Origin: Candidatus Daviesbacteria bacterium
GTDB lineage: Bacteria; Patescibacteriota; Microgenomatia; Daviesbacterales; UBA10151
Length of the DNA stretch: 64,000 nt
Direction of reading: 5' to 3'
Assembly (NCBI GenBank): GCA_041690695.1
Contig: JBEPVZ010000002.1
Coordinates: forward strand, 1,454-65,453
The stretch's first letter is position 1, and each line of letters begins with the position of its first letter. The notes under the pieces were generated by a model. It worked only from the letters and a program-made list of their open reading frames with translations, was not told the origin of the DNA and did no database searches. The position numbers and the translations under genes were made by a program. Positions 9,013-18,920 of the stretch are shown piece after piece.

Positions 9013-10680
9013 ATGTTTGGACTTTCAAAAGATTGGCTAGTAAAAATTACCCTGGTTTTAATTATCGTTTTAGCTTTTTTCTTGAGATTTTACAAAGTTA
9101 CTGAGGATCCACCTTCACTAAATTGGGATGAAGTCGCGATTGGCTATAATGCCTATTCGATTATGAAAACAGGTCGTGATGAGTGGAATCAGCCCTGGCC
9201 GATTCATTTTAAATCGTATGGAGAATATAAACTCCCGGTCCAAATCTATGGTTCTATTCCCGGTATCGCTATTTTTGGTTTAAACGAGCAAGGCGTCAGG
9301 ATTACACCAGTTGTTTATGGGACGCTAACGGTTTTACTAATGTTTTTCTTAGGTAGGGTTTTATTTAAGAGTCGGGCAGTTGGATTATTGTCAGCGTTTT
9401 GTTTAGCCATCTCTCCTTGGCATATTCAACTAACGCGAGCTTCCTTTGAATCTTCATTTTCAGTTTTTTGGATTGTAATGGCGATGTGGTTTTTAATTAA
9501 AGGTTTTAAAAAGCCGATATGGCTAATTTGGTCGATGATCCCATTTGCGATATCGGTTTATACCTATAACAGTGCCAGAGTTTTTAGCCCGTTATTTATC
9601 TTTGCGATTTTAATTATTTATAGAAAAGAGTTATTTAAATTTAAAAAGTATTTAGCTGGAGCATTTATTTTATTTGCTATTTTAATGTTGCCTCTAATTC
9701 CATTTTTTATTACAACTCATGGCACTTCTCGTTATAAGTTAGTTAGTGTGACCGATGATCCAGGTTTGGTGCCTCGAATTGACGAGGCTCGTGGCAAATC
9801 AACCTTACCAGAACCTTTAAAGAGGTTAGTTTTAAATAGAGCGACATACGTAAGTGTAGCTGTAGTCGGAAATTATTTAGCCCATTTTACCCCCCAGTTT
9901 TTATTCATTTCCGGTGCTCCTCATCATCAACATAATGTTCAAGGAATGGGGGAGTTATATTATTGGCAAGCGCCATTTTTATTAATTGGACTGTTTTTGT
10001 TGTTTAAAAAACGTCACCCAAGTCGAGCTTTGTTAATAGCTTGGATATTATTATCGATTGTCCCGGTGAGCATTACTAATGATAGTATTCCTCATGCTTT
10101 AAGAACTTTAATTGCGGCACCGTTTTATCAGTTAATAATAGCTTTTGGTTTATATCAGTCGTGGCTATATTTGAATAAAAAAGATCATTGGTTTGTGCCA
10201 GTCAGCGTCAGCTTATTATGCGGTACGGTTTTAATAAGTTTAGCGATTTACTTAGCTAATTTTTATTTGATTTATCCTGTTAAATATTCAAAAGATTGGC
10301 AATATGGTTATAAACAAGTTGTTAATTATCTGGTTGCTAATCAATCCAAGTATGATGAGATTGTGTTTTCAAGGACATATGGTGAACCACATATGTTTAC
10401 ACTATTTTATTCACAATATGACCCGGCTAAATTTCAAACGAATCCAAATTTAAATCGCTTTGAAACTTATGATTGGGTCAGAGTTTTAAATTTTGATAAA
10501 TATTATTTTCCAGATTTAGGTGATCTTGGAACTAAATATGCCGATATTGTCAATCAGAATCCTGGCAAAAAGCTACTCTTTATTGGAAAACCTGGGGATT
10601 TCCCAGATAGCTTACCTCGTCTTTTAACCGTTAACTTCTTAAACGGCGATAAAGCTGTCGAAGTTGTAGAATCTCCATGA
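9013..10680 (+). CDS. GT-C glycosyltransferase, PMT/ArnT-like (tandem paralog 1 of 3)
   Basis: SLNWDEVAIGYNAYSIMKTGRDEWNQPWPIHFKSYGEYKLPV, multiple TMs, and a C-terminal DWQYGYKQV...EPHMFTLFYSQYDP domain. Confidence 0.7.
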   Translation: MFGLSKDWLVKITLVLIIVLAFFLRFYKVTEDPPSLNWDEVAIGYNAYSIMKTGRDEWNQPWPIHFKSYGEYKLPVQIYGSIPGIAIFGLNEQGVRITPVVYGTLTVLLMFFLGRVLFKSRAVGLLSAFCLAISPWHIQLTRASFESSFSVFWIVMAMWFLIKGFKKPIWLIWSMIPFAISVYTYNSARVFSPLFIFAILIIYRKELFKFKKYLAGAFILFAILMLPLIPFFITTHGTSRYKLVSVTDDPGLVPRIDEARGKSTLPEPLKRLVLNRATYVSVAVVGNYLAHFTPQFLFISGAPHHQHNVQGMGELYYWQAPFLLIGLFLLFKKRHPSRALLIAWILLSIVPVSITNDSIPHALRTLIAAPFYQLIIAFGLYQSWLYLNKKDHWFVPVSVSLLCGTVLISLAIYLANFYLIYPVKYSKDWQYGYKQVVNYLVANQSKYDEIVFSRTYGEPHMFTLFYSQYDPAKFQTNPNLNRFETYDWVRVLNFDKYYFPDLGDLGTKYADIVNQNPGKKLLFIGKPGDFPDSLPRLLTVNFLNGDKAVEVVESP

Positions 10681-12248
10681 AAAAGTTATTTATTTTTTCC
10701 GTCGGTTTAATTCTAGTAATTGGTATTTTTTTACGTTTTTACAATCTTGGTAATACCCCTCCTTCATTAAATTGGGACGAAGCGTCGATTGGGTATGATG
10801 CCTGGTTAATTAGTCAGACTGGGACGGATCAATGGGGAGCACATTGGCCTTTAATTTTTAAGTCATTTGGAGAATATAAATACCCCTTCCATATTTATGC
10901 GACTGCTTTAGTCATTAAATTAATAGGTTTATCAGATTTTGCGGTTAGACTGCCTTCGGCCGTAATGGGACTTGTCTGTTTAGGGCTACTTTATCTTTTA
11001 GCCAAAAGGTTAACTAACTCAAAAATTATTGCTTTAATAGCCGTTAGCTTATTATCAGTTTCGCCGTGGAGTATTCAATTTTCAAGAATAAATTGGGAAA
11101 CAAATTTTGCCTTATCATTTTTTCTGTTTGGATTATTATTGTTTTATAAGGGTTTAGAAAATAAAAGATTGTTATTTATTTTCTCTTTTTTACTTTTTGG
11201 ATTAACTATTTTTACATATAATGCGGCTAAAGTCTTTACCCCACTCTTTGTTGTCTGCTTAATCCTAATTTATCGGAAGGAATTATGGCAGCAAAAGATA
11301 ATTAGTCTTATTGGCATAGCTGTTTTTGGAATTTTTATTTTAGCTAATATTTTAAATCCTCAAATTTCTGGTTTGGTTAGGTATAGTCAGGTTAGTTTTA
11401 CTGAGGACTCAATTAAGGCCACTAATTTATATAACCTGACACATAAGCATCTGTTTGGAAAAGCTCAATTAGTTGTCGGAAGTTATTTATCTTATTATTC
11501 ACCAAAATTCTTATTTTTATCGGGCGATCCGAGTCTGCAGCATTCGACTCAAGCGGTTGGAGAAATATATTGGCTTGAAGGTCTATTCTTAATAATAGGC
11601 GTTGTCTATTTATTTAAAAACAAAAAATCGAAAATTAATCAAATTCTTCTGGCTTGGCTAATAATCGCACCTCTGGCTGGTTCTTTAACCCAAGAAGCTC
11701 CTCATGCCGGTCGGGCGATGTTTGAATTAGGTGCGCTTCAAATTATTGAGGCGATTGGTGTCTACCAACTGTACGGATTATGCAAAACTAAAGTCGCTAA
11801 ACATATATTTGCAATACTGACTCTGTCACTTTTCTTAATTAATATTAGTTTTTACAGTTATAATTACTTTTATGTTTACCCGCTTGCTGATTCTGTTGAT
11901 TGGCAATATGGATACAAAGCTTTTTATCAAAAGTATAGTCCCATTTTAAGTCAATATAACCAGATTTACTTTTCCCCACAATACGCGGAACCTTATATTT
12001 TTGCACTTTATTATTTAAAAGTTCCTGGAAACGAATTTAGATCGACGGCTATTTATAATAAAGAGAGCGAATGGGGATTTTCAACGGTAACGAGCTTTGC
12101 TAACTTTAATTTTAATAGATTTAGCGATGTTCCACTAGGTAATAATTTAATTGTTTCTGAAAAGCCAGGTCAATTTAAAGGTTACAATTTAACTGATCAG
12201 ATCAAATTTTTAGATCAATCAACCGCCTTTTATATCTATAGTCAATGA
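10677..12248 (+). CDS. GT-C glycosyltransferase, PMT/ArnT-like (tandem paralog 2 of 3)
   Basis: SLNWDEASIGYDAWLISQTGTDQWG...FKSFGEYKYP and a C-terminal DWQYGYKAF...EPYIFALYYLKVP block. 4-bp overlap with both neighbours. Confidence 0.7.
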   Translation: MKKLFIFSVGLILVIGIFLRFYNLGNTPPSLNWDEASIGYDAWLISQTGTDQWGAHWPLIFKSFGEYKYPFHIYATALVIKLIGLSDFAVRLPSAVMGLVCLGLLYLLAKRLTNSKIIALIAVSLLSVSPWSIQFSRINWETNFALSFFLFGLLLFYKGLENKRLLFIFSFLLFGLTIFTYNAAKVFTPLFVVCLILIYRKELWQQKIISLIGIAVFGIFILANILNPQISGLVRYSQVSFTEDSIKATNLYNLTHKHLFGKAQLVVGSYLSYYSPKFLFLSGDPSLQHSTQAVGEIYWLEGLFLIIGVVYLFKNKKSKINQILLAWLIIAPLAGSLTQEAPHAGRAMFELGALQIIEAIGVYQLYGLCKTKVAKHIFAILTLSLFLINISFYSYNYFYVYPLADSVDWQYGYKAFYQKYSPILSQYNQIYFSPQYAEPYIFALYYLKVPGNEFRSTAIYNKESEWGFSTVTSFANFNFNRFSDVPLGNNLIVSEKPGQFKGYNLTDQIKFLDQSTAFYIYSQ

Positions 12249-13861
12249 AAAATTTAACGAAAATCTGCTTATTTTTGATAATTTTGCTAGCTTTTGGCTT
12301 GAGAGTTTATCAGTTGAATACAGTCCCACCGTCGCTTGATTGGGATGAGGTTGATGTTGGTTACAATGCTTTTACAATTGCCAATTATGGACATGACGAA
12401 TGGGGGAAAGCCTTTCCTCTAACCTTTCAATCCTTTGGTGATTATAAAAGTCCAGTTCATATTTACTTAACGGCTTTAGTTGTTAAGCTACTCGGATTAT
12501 CAGATTTTGCTGTTCGCTTGCCAATGGCGTTAGTTGGTACTTTGTCGGTCTTGATGATCTTTTTTCTAGCCAGGGAACTATTTAAAAATGATTATATTGG
12601 GATAATTGCGGCTTTAGTACTTGCGGTCTCACCATATAGTTTACAGTTTTCTCGATTTAATCATGAAGGGGTAGTGGCGGTGTTTGTATTTATGTTGGCG
12701 CTCTACTTGTTCTTAAAAGGAATACGACTAAAAAATTGGCTATTACCACTCGGTTTTATTTGTTTTGGAATTACTTTAATTACATATCATCCGCCTAAAA
12801 TAGTTACCCCGATTTTTTTGGTTTTATTAATCGCAATTTATTTTAAAGAACTTTTAAAAGTAAAAAAACTATTTGTGATTGGACTCTTAGGTTTAGGCCT
12901 AGTCTGTGGTTTATTCTTTCTTGATCCTAATTTAAGCGGTTTGGCTAGATCGGCTCAGACTTCAATACCAGATAGCTATTATATGCAGCAACCGATTTAT
13001 GCGGAGACACATAATCTGTTATTAGCTAAAGTAAAAGTTGATAGCGATCGCTACTTGTCTCATTTTTCTCTCAATTATCTATTTATTCATGGAGATCAAA
13101 TTGCTCGTCATTCGACCCAACTGGTTGGTGAGTTTTATATTATCGATCTATTCTGGTTATTAATCGGTGTTATTAGCTTAATTAAGCTTAAGAATAAATC
13201 AACTTTGGTAGTTTTTAGCTGGGCATTACTTGCTCCTCTTCCAGCCAGCATTACGGGTGGTATTGGAGAAGCTCCCCATGCGGCGCGAGCTATTTTAATG
13301 ATGGGCAGTTGGCATCTTATTATTGCCTTTGGTCTTTATAGTTTTATTATTTTGCTGAAAAGGCCTATTTTAAAGAAAGTTGTTCTTCTCTCGATTGGAT
13401 TGATATATCTTTTTCTAGTTGTAACATATCTAAGAGGTTATTACACGGTTTATCCGATAAAACAGGCTATTGAATGGCAGTATGGGGTAGCTAAAGCGGC
13501 TCAATATGTCAAGGATCACCCTCACCAGTACCAACGGGTTTTTGTAACTGCCGAAAGATCTCAGCCATATATATTCTTTTTATATACGCTCAAGGTACCA
13601 TTACCGGAATATTTAGATAATGTCACTCTTAATCAGGACTCGCATAAAAGTAGTAATTTAGTGTCGATTTTTTGGTTTAATCATACTCAATATAATTTCG
13701 GTAACTGGGATCCGATTGAAAGTATGCCTGATCCTAATGTACTGTACATTTTAACTCCGAGTGAGTACGATGGTTTACGACACAAAACGGATTTTGAAAT
13801 TAAAGATTTAATTAAATATCCGAGTGGAGTCGAAGCATTTTTCTTAGTTAGTAAAAAATAA
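12245..13861 (+). CDS. GT-C glycosyltransferase, PMT/ArnT-like (tandem paralog 3 of 3)
   Basis: SLDWDEVDVGYNAFTIANYGHDEWG...FQSFGDYKSPV and a C-terminal EWQYGVAKAAQYV...QPYIFFLYTLKVP block. Confidence 0.7.
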   Translation: MKNLTKICLFLIILLAFGLRVYQLNTVPPSLDWDEVDVGYNAFTIANYGHDEWGKAFPLTFQSFGDYKSPVHIYLTALVVKLLGLSDFAVRLPMALVGTLSVLMIFFLARELFKNDYIGIIAALVLAVSPYSLQFSRFNHEGVVAVFVFMLALYLFLKGIRLKNWLLPLGFICFGITLITYHPPKIVTPIFLVLLIAIYFKELLKVKKLFVIGLLGLGLVCGLFFLDPNLSGLARSAQTSIPDSYYMQQPIYAETHNLLLAKVKVDSDRYLSHFSLNYLFIHGDQIARHSTQLVGEFYIIDLFWLLIGVISLIKLKNKSTLVVFSWALLAPLPASITGGIGEAPHAARAILMMGSWHLIIAFGLYSFIILLKRPILKKVVLLSIGLIYLFLVVTYLRGYYTVYPIKQAIEWQYGVAKAAQYVKDHPHQYQRVFVTAERSQPYIFFLYTLKVPLPEYLDNVTLNQDSHKSSNLVSIFWFNHTQYNFGNWDPIESMPDPNVLYILTPSEYDGLRHKTDFEIKDLIKYPSGVEAFFLVSKK

Positions 13862-13865
13862 TTTT

Positions 13866-14729
13866 ATGACAAAAATCTCTGTAGTTTTAGCTGTTTATAA
13901 TGAAGAATCAAATCTTGATGTCTGTCTTAAATCAGTTGAGGGCTTAGCTGAGGAAATAGTTATTGTTGATGGTGGCTCGAGTGATAAAACTGTTGAAATT
14001 GCCAATAAATATCGAGCTCGGGTAATTGTGACTGATAACCCGCCTGTTTTTCATATTAATAAGCAAAAAGCTCTTGAAGCAGCCAAATATGAATGGATTC
14101 TTCAACTAGATGCCGATGAGATTATTCCCAAAGCTTTATCTCAGGAAATATTGTTGGTAACAAAGATGGATCAGATTGAGCTTGAAAAATATCAACATTC
14201 GCTACCTAGTCGAAAGTTATTTTTGAGACATCAAGCTTTAGTTGCTGCCCGAGATGGGCGAGTGGGTGATGAAACGGGCAGTTATAATGCCTTCTTTATT
14301 CCTCGCTTAAATTATTTCTTAGGTAAATATTTAAAATATGGGGGTACTTATCCTGATCCAGCTATTCGGTTGGTTAAGAAGGGCTATGCGCATTTTCCAG
14401 CTAAAAGCGTTCACGAGCAGATGCAAGTTGAGGGACAAGTTGGTTGGTTAGAAAGTCCGATGTTACATCGTGATTCACCAACCTTTAGTCGTTATTTAAA
14501 GCGAAATAATCGATATATTGATTTGATGGTTAAAGAATTTAAAATTCAGCATTTGCCGAAAAGTTTTATTAACGGTTTAAACTATTTGGTTATTAAGCCT
14601 GTAGGTTGGTTTTTACTAACTTCAATTCGTCATAAAGGCCTACTAGATGGCTATCAAGGGCTTATTTTTTCGTTTTTTTCATCACTTCGCTTTCCAAGAT
14701 CTTATTGGCGATATTTATGGAGTAAATAA
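13866..14729 (+). CDS. GT2 family glycosyltransferase (group A-like)
   Basis: ISVVLAVYNEESNLDVCLKSVEGLAEEIVIVDGGSSDKT...LQLDADEII. Confidence 0.65.
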   Translation: MTKISVVLAVYNEESNLDVCLKSVEGLAEEIVIVDGGSSDKTVEIANKYRARVIVTDNPPVFHINKQKALEAAKYEWILQLDADEIIPKALSQEILLVTKMDQIELEKYQHSLPSRKLFLRHQALVAARDGRVGDETGSYNAFFIPRLNYFLGKYLKYGGTYPDPAIRLVKKGYAHFPAKSVHEQMQVEGQVGWLESPMLHRDSPTFSRYLKRNNRYIDLMVKEFKIQHLPKSFINGLNYLVIKPVGWFLLTSIRHKGLLDGYQGLIFSFFSSLRFPRSYWRYLWSK

Positions 14730-15769
14730 TGAAAGTTGCGATTCAGGTAGATAAAAATAGTGGCCATAGTTTGAGAGGAATTGGCTATTATACCGACAGC
14801 TTGGTCAAGGCTTTGGAGAAGTGTCCTGATCTAGAGATTAAGCTGTTTAATAAGACAGAAGAAATAACAAATGTAGATTTAATTCATTATCCATCCTTTG
14901 ATCTGTTTAAAAAAACATTACCACTTCATCATAAATACCCCGTAGTTGTCACTATCCATGATTTGACCCCACTTTTATTTCCTAAAAACTATCCACCCGG
15001 ACTTAGAGGTCGACTTAATTTTAATCTTCAAAAGCTGGCTTTAAGAAATGTTAGTCATATAATCACTGACTCTGAGTCTTCGAAAAAAGATATTGTTCGA
15101 ATTTTAAAAATTAATCCCGAAATAGTTAATGTAATCTATCTAGCCCAGCCGGATTTTTTTAAGATAATCTCGGATAAAGCTACGCTTAAAAAGATTCAAA
15201 TTAAGTACAGTTTGCCAGAAAAATTTGGTTTGTTTGTAGGAAGTGTTAATTGGAATAAAAACTTATTGAATATGGCTGAGGCCAGTTTAATGGCGGGATT
15301 GGATCTGGTTTTAGTTGGTAAAGATTTTGAAAAGGCTCATGATCTTAACCATCCAGAGCTAAAATCTTACAAAGAGTTCTTGCATAAATACGTTGATAAT
15401 CCGAAGATTCATAAATTAGGCTTTCTCTCGGATGAAGATCTAGTTAAGGTTACAAATCTGGCGACCGTTCAGCTTTTCCCCTCTTTTTATGAGGGCTTTG
15501 GATTGCCAATCTTACAGGCTCAAGCTTGTGGTGTGCCAGTTATTACAAGTAATGTCTCCTCTATGCCGGAGGTCGCAGGAAAAGGGGCTATTTTAATTAC
15601 CCCAGGCCATGTTGGGGAGATTATCCAAGCTATCACCGATATCCAGAATAATTCTACGGTTCGTCAGAATTTAATTAAATTAGGGTTTATAAATGTAAAT
15701 AAGTTCTCTTGGCAAAAAGCGGCGCAACAGACTATTAATATTTATGAAAAAGCAGTTAAATCAAAATAA
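14729..15769 (+). CDS. GT4 family glycosyltransferase
   Basis: FYEGFGLPILQAQACGVPVITSNVSSMPEVAG is the GT4 E-x7-E region. Confidence 0.7.
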   Translation: MKVAIQVDKNSGHSLRGIGYYTDSLVKALEKCPDLEIKLFNKTEEITNVDLIHYPSFDLFKKTLPLHHKYPVVVTIHDLTPLLFPKNYPPGLRGRLNFNLQKLALRNVSHIITDSESSKKDIVRILKINPEIVNVIYLAQPDFFKIISDKATLKKIQIKYSLPEKFGLFVGSVNWNKNLLNMAEASLMAGLDLVLVGKDFEKAHDLNHPELKSYKEFLHKYVDNPKIHKLGFLSDEDLVKVTNLATVQLFPSFYEGFGLPILQAQACGVPVITSNVSSMPEVAGKGAILITPGHVGEIIQAITDIQNNSTVRQNLIKLGFINVNKFSWQKAAQQTINIYEKAVKSK

Positions 15770-16862
15770 AATTTTAATCTTATTTTTAAGTTGGAGATTA
15801 AGTTTATTTATAGCGGCTTTTATCGGTGGAATTGCTTGGGCATTTCAAGGCAGCTTTCCTTATTTTCAACAAGAACTTATTATAACCGGTTTACCAAATT
15901 GGTTGTGGGGATTTGGTAACTTTGATGGAGTTCATTATTTACGAATTGCCGAATATAGCTATAGTCTAAATTTTACTCAAGTTTTTTTCCCTGTATTTCC
16001 AATCCTGATTAAAAGCTTTAGTTTTATAAGTACCTTTTGGTCAGGGTTAATAATTTCAAATCTAGCATTTTTGGGAGCACTTGGCATCTTATTTAGACTT
16101 TGGAAATTAGATTTTAGTGAAAAAGTTAGCCTTAAAAGCTTACTTTTTTTGATGGCTTTCCCAACTGCCTTTTATTTTGGAGCAATTTATACCGAATCAA
16201 TTTTTTTACTTTGGGTTGTAGCCTGTATATATTCTTTAAGAACAAATCACCTTATTTGGGCGGGTTTGTTCGGAGCTTTAGCATCTGGCACAAGAGTTCT
16301 TGGGGTATTACTTTTTGTGGTGATCTTAATTGAAGCTTGGCCGAAGATCCAAAAACTTAATTTAAAAGCTATCTTAGCTCTACTTTTGGCTCCCTTAGGA
16401 TTAATTATTTATATGGCTTATTTAGGACTCCAATTTAAAAACCCACTTTACTTTTTAACAGCTCAAGTTGCTTTTGGGGCTGATCGAAATGCTACTAAAT
16501 TTGTATTATTGCCGCAAGTTTTATTTAGGTACCTTAAAATTTTATTCTTTTCGGGAAATACCTTAGAAACTTTCTTAAGAGCTTTATTTGAACTTATTAG
16601 TACGCTGGTCGCTTTTGTCCCACTGATTTTGTTATTTCGTAAGGTTAGATTAAGTTACCTGTTATTTAGTTTTGGTTGTCTAATTATCCCAACTTTTACC
16701 GGTACTTTATCGTCAATGCCGAGGTATATTTTGATGGGTTTTTTAATAATCCCGTATTTAGTTACTGGGTTAGGACGATATTATAAAGTAGCGATTACAT
16801 TAATGTGGATATTTCAACTCATTTTGGTTAGTCTTTTTGTGAGAGGTTATTTTATTGCATGA
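15744..16862 (+). CDS. polytopic membrane glycosyltransferase, PIG-V/Gpi18-like (GT-C, mannosyltransferase-type)
   Basis: The first extracytoplasmic loop has FGNFDGVHYLRIAEYSY, matching the D-x-x-H-(F/Y)-L-x-IAE-x-GY signature of the PIG-V mannosyltransferase family. About 9 TMs. Overlaps the upstream gene by 26 bp. Confidence 0.5.
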   Translation: MKKQLNQNKILILFLSWRLSLFIAAFIGGIAWAFQGSFPYFQQELIITGLPNWLWGFGNFDGVHYLRIAEYSYSLNFTQVFFPVFPILIKSFSFISTFWSGLIISNLAFLGALGILFRLWKLDFSEKVSLKSLLFLMAFPTAFYFGAIYTESIFLLWVVACIYSLRTNHLIWAGLFGALASGTRVLGVLLFVVILIEAWPKIQKLNLKAILALLLAPLGLIIYMAYLGLQFKNPLYFLTAQVAFGADRNATKFVLLPQVLFRYLKILFFSGNTLETFLRALFELISTLVAFVPLILLFRKVRLSYLLFSFGCLIIPTFTGTLSSMPRYILMGFLIIPYLVTGLGRYYKVAITLMWIFQLILVSLFVRGYFIA

Positions 16863-18097
16863 AAAAATTAAAAACTGCTTTCGCTAATCCACTTTTTTCG
16901 GGAAGTTTGTTAATGATTATCGGTAGTTTAGGGGCCAGTTTTTTTAGTTATCTTTACCACCTGATTATGGGCAAAATGCTTGGGCCTGAAAGTTATGGAA
17001 TTATCGCTGCAATTTTAACATTGGCTGGATTAATTGGTCTTTTGCCAGCCTCGCTTGGGTTAGTTGTGACTAAGTTTATTTCTAGTTCTCAAACTGATCA
17101 AGATAAAAAAAACTTTATTACTTACTTTTATCGCCGGGTTGTCATTATTGGAATAATATTTGTAATTCTTCTGGTATTTTTGGCTCCCATAATTGGGACT
17201 TTTTTACACATTAATCAAACGGCATATCTTGTGATTAGTTTTTTGATGTTTTTATTTTTTATTCCAACAATGTTTTTAAGAGCCGCCCTGCAGGGTCTAC
17301 TTAAATTTAAAGAATACGTAATTAGTTTTACGCTCGAGAATTTTGCTAAAGTTTCAATCGCTACTCTTTTAGTTTTACTCGGTTTTAAGATTACCGGGGC
17401 GGTTTCGAGCCTAGTCTTAGGATGTTTTGTTGGTTTTATATTTGCATATATTTACTTAAAAAGATTTATTAAGAAGCATGAACGGACAACTACTTTTAAT
17501 TTAAAACCCGTTGCTATTTATGCAATGCCGGTTTTAATTCAGTCGCTGGCGACAACTTCAATGTATTCGACGGATCTCTTGTTAGTTAAACATTTTTTCT
17601 CATCGTTTGACGCAGGAATTTATGCGGCATTATCATTTTTAGGTCGGATTATCTTTTTTGGAGCAAGTCCGATTGCGGCAGCAATGTTCCCGATTGTCGC
17701 CAAGCGACATACCGAAGGTCAATCTTATAAAAAACTTCTTTTTTATAGTATGACCGCGACTTTGATTTTGTCATTTGGGATTTTATTAATCTATGGGTTG
17801 TTTCCAAAACTGGCGCTTGGTTTACTATATAGTTCAGCTTACTTAACCGGCGCAGGCTCTTTATTTATATTCGGAATTTTTATTACGATATTTACGCTCT
17901 CATACCTGCTCTTAAATTTCTATTTAGCGATCGGAAGGATTAAGGTTGTAATAATTCCAGTTGTTACGGCTGTCGTTCAAATTGTTGGAATTATTCTTTT
18001 TCATAATACTTTAGAAATGGTTATTGAAGTATCTTTATTTTCAAGTTTAATGTTATTTATCTCATTAGTTATTTATTACATTTTGGCAAAAATCTAA
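16859..18097 (+). CDS. Wzx-like oligosaccharide flippase (MOP superfamily, polysaccharide biosynthesis protein)
   Basis: 412 aa with about 12 TMs. The N-terminal block SGSLLMIIGSLGASFFSYLYHLIMGKMLGPESYGIIAA is typical of Wzx. Confidence 0.55.
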   Translation: MKKLKTAFANPLFSGSLLMIIGSLGASFFSYLYHLIMGKMLGPESYGIIAAILTLAGLIGLLPASLGLVVTKFISSSQTDQDKKNFITYFYRRVVIIGIIFVILLVFLAPIIGTFLHINQTAYLVISFLMFLFFIPTMFLRAALQGLLKFKEYVISFTLENFAKVSIATLLVLLGFKITGAVSSLVLGCFVGFIFAYIYLKRFIKKHERTTTFNLKPVAIYAMPVLIQSLATTSMYSTDLLLVKHFFSSFDAGIYAALSFLGRIIFFGASPIAAAMFPIVAKRHTEGQSYKKLLFYSMTATLILSFGILLIYGLFPKLALGLLYSSAYLTGAGSLFIFGIFITIFTLSYLLLNFYLAIGRIKVVIIPVVTAVVQIVGIILFHNTLEMVIEVSLFSSLMLFISLVIYYILAKI

Positions 18098-18100
18098 TCT

Positions 18101-18129
18101 TTGACTTGATGATGAGGCGTTTGTATACT
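18101..18129 (+). promoter_or_regulatory. candidate sigma70-type promoter (TTGACT-17 bp-TATACT) for the 18138.. gene
   Basis: TTGACT at 18101..18106, a 17-nt spacer, and TATACT at 18124..18129. Only 8 nt separate the -10 from the ATG at 18138. Confidence 0.35.
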
Positions 18130-18137
18130 CTTATTTA

Positions 18138-18920
18138 ATGTCACAACCGCTTTTATCAGTAATTATTCCAGCCTTTAAGCAAGCGAAGACAATTAAGGAA
18201 GATATACTTGCTATTTCAGCGGCGTTAGATCAACTCGGTCTTTCCTATCAAATGATTATTGTCGATGATGGTTCGCCAGATAAGACTTTTCAAAAAGCTC
18301 GTCAAGTTAAAAACTCTCATATTCAAGTCGTTGGTTATCCAGTTAACAAAGGTAAAGGTTATGCCGTCCGGTATGGAATGTCACGAGCAAAAGGGGATTT
18401 AATTGCTTTTATGGATGCTGGAATGGACTTAAATCCAGCCGGAATATCAATGTTACTTGAACACTTCCGATGGTATGATGCGGATATTGTGGTTGGTTCT
18501 AAGCGTCATTTAGCTTCACAAGTTAATTACCCTCCTCTTAGGCGAGTTTACAGCTTTTTTTACCAACTCATGGTTCGCTACTTATTTGGATTAAAGATTA
18601 AAGATACTCAAGTTGGCTTAAAGTTATTTAAAAGGAAAGTCCTCGAAGATGTTTTACCAAGACTTTTAGTTAAAAAGTATGCTTTCGATATTGAGATATT
18701 ATCCGTTGCTAATAAGTTAGGTTATACAAAAATATATGAAGCTCCTGTTCAACTTCGACATCAATTTTCCTCGTCAGTTAACATTAACGAGGTTTTAAAA
18801 ATGTTTAAAGATACCTTAGCGGTCTTTTATAGACTAAGAGTTCGTCACTATTATGACGATGGTAATAAAAGAAGATGGAAGCTCGATCCGGATTTAAACT
18901 TTAGAGTGAACTTAGGATGA
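18138..18920 (+). CDS. polyprenyl-phosphate sugar synthase, DPM1/GtrB/ArnC-like GT2 (soluble form)
   Basis: LLSVIIPAFKQAKTI...MIIVDDGSPDKT...NKGKGYAVRYGM..AKGDLIAFMDAGMDLNP. No C-terminal TM. Confidence 0.6.
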   Translation: MSQPLLSVIIPAFKQAKTIKEDILAISAALDQLGLSYQMIIVDDGSPDKTFQKARQVKNSHIQVVGYPVNKGKGYAVRYGMSRAKGDLIAFMDAGMDLNPAGISMLLEHFRWYDADIVVGSKRHLASQVNYPPLRRVYSFFYQLMVRYLFGLKIKDTQVGLKLFKRKVLEDVLPRLLVKKYAFDIEILSVANKLGYTKIYEAPVQLRHQFSSSVNINEVLKMFKDTLAVFYRLRVRHYYDDGNKRRWKLDPDLNFRVNLG

